From Microthyrium microscopicum (lineage: Eukaryota), in the NCBI GenBank assembly GCA_010405405.1, contig MU004236.1, positions 2,362,070 through 2,415,436 of the forward strand: DNA of 53,367 nt. Direction: 5' to 3'. Both the position numbers and the translations under genes were made by a program. The notes under the pieces were generated by a model. That model ran no database searches and was not told the origin of the DNA. It worked only from the letters and a program-made list of their open reading frames with translations. Of this stretch, positions 51,753-53,367 are shown in pieces; within the stretch, counting starts at the first letter, position 1; each line of letters begins with the position of its first letter.

Positions 51753-53367
51753 CTACTAAACTTTACGTTATAATTTAGTAAGCAAGATTAGATTTTTGTT
51801 CTAAGTTATACTAATCTATATTGTATATTTTTCTCTTAAACTTATTAATATAAAAGACGTCCTAGTATAGTATATATATTACTATATTAGTTAGAAAGAA
51901 TATATATACTATTTATAGCTTATATTAAGCTTCTTATAGTAGCCTTTTATAGTAGCGTTAATATAAAATATTAAGCATTAAGGCTTATAACTATTAGAAG
52001 TCCTTATATTATTAAGTTAGAGATAAAAACTACTATACTCTAAGGAGCATAAGCCTATATTTATAAGTTACCCTCTTTATTAATAGACTTACCTATATAG
52101 TCCTATTATATTAGACTATAGACTTTTAATCTTTAAGTAGTAACTTAAAGTTTAGTATAGGTTCCTAGTTCTATAGCTAGACCTTTTATTATTACTTTTA
52201 GGTATATATTAGCTATAGTAGAGAAATAAGAGATAGTTGCTACGCCTAGGCAACGCTTTATAGATAATACTAAAATCTATCTTATTTATTTATTACTAAT
52301 AATAATACTATTTTTTTTTTATTAATAGCTATTATTTATAGAATAGTAATATTATAGAGTTTATACGCTATGCTATATATAGAGTACTAATATATAATAT
52401 TAAATATTAGTATTTATCTTTTTATATATTTTAGGTATATTATTTATAGTCTAGGGAATGTACTTTATCTAGATATTAATAAGTAATATTTAATATTAAA
52501 CTTAGTCTAGAGAGTTTATTTAATCTTATTATTGTTTTTAGTACTAAGCTAGCATATATTAATATATAATTAGTATCTACTATTATTACTTTAATATCTA
52601 TCTCTTAATTTACTTTATTTATATATAATATGCCCTAGCGCGTAAAACCTAATAAGTCTCTATACTATAACTATATATATATTTTTAATCTTAGTTAGGA
52701 CGTTTTCTTTATAATTAAATTAAATATTTAGTTACGTTATATTTTAGGAAGATATAGTTATTTTAAGAGATTAATATATTAAATACATTATAAATTTTTA
52801 GACTTAACCTTTATTAGTTTTAGGCAGTATAGTGCTATATAATTATATTCTAGAGGGTATCTAGTGTTTACTATAGTTATTATTATATTTTAGTATTTAT
52901 TAACTTACTAACTTTTATTATATATTATACCTTTAATTTATTAGTATATATAGATTACTAACATATAAAAGAGTTAGTTAGTAGTAAGGTTTAAGTATTT
53001 ATCTATTTAATGTTAGTTATCCTAAATTAGCTAAAGAATAGTTAGGGTATTCTATTATTTAACTTATAGAATAGAAGTACTAGTCTATAAAGTAGGTACT
53101 AATTTATAGAATTCTTAAGATATACTAATAAGTATTATATATAAATTTAGTCTATTATTAGCTAATTTATTTACTTAAGTTTTAAATAGTACTAACTTTA
53201 CTTTAATATTTACTCTATAACTTATAAAGATCTATTTATTTAGCATACTAGTACGTATTATTAGTCCTATTAAGAAGCTACTTTTTAGCTATAAATAGAA
53301 TTTTAGATTATACTAGTTATACTTATAGTATTATTTTAATATATTAGTATTAGCAAGTTTACTAATA

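Larger units (their letters stand above)
46741..53367. repeat. Second AT-rich, RIP-degraded block of unidentified origin
   Basis: Abrupt drop in GC content, strong TpA excess and CpA/TpG depletion, and no ORF in the supplied track. I could not identify LTRs or gag/pol/transposase motifs by eye. Confidence 0.8.

Overview
Filamentous ascomycete genomic DNA with a bipartite, isochore-like layout. A CYP7-like cytochrome P450 gene (84-1025, resuming at 25364-26116) is split inside exon 4 by a 24.3-kb AT-rich block heavily mutated by RIP (repeat-induced point mutation). The block resolves by hand into four nested retroelements, each with its own target-site duplication (TSD). The outer element is a Ty1/copia (1026-25358, TSD GGAAG). 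A minus-strand chromoviral Ty3/gypsy (1860-17174, TSD AGGTA) sits in the copia RNase H, and a related plus-strand chromovirus (3883-11534, TSD CTTAA) sits inside that gypsy. A 1.9-kb non-LTR-type element with only an ORF1 (triple zinc knuckle), no reverse transcriptase and a 3' double hairpin (20609-22515, ~15-bp TSD) sits in the copia gag. A ~21-kb GC-balanced gene island follows: a conserved hypothetical protein, a PTH11/rhodopsin-domain membrane protein, a protein with internal ubiquitin-like domains, a HET-domain gene with two in-frame stops, a predicted secreted HD-domain protein, a BBE-like FAD oxidase, an Sln1/TcsB-type hybrid histidine kinase and eIF5A. From ~46741 a second RIP-degraded block of unidentified origin runs to the end and includes a 59-bp tandem repeat and an assembly gap. 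All calls come from manual motif reading; no database searches were run.
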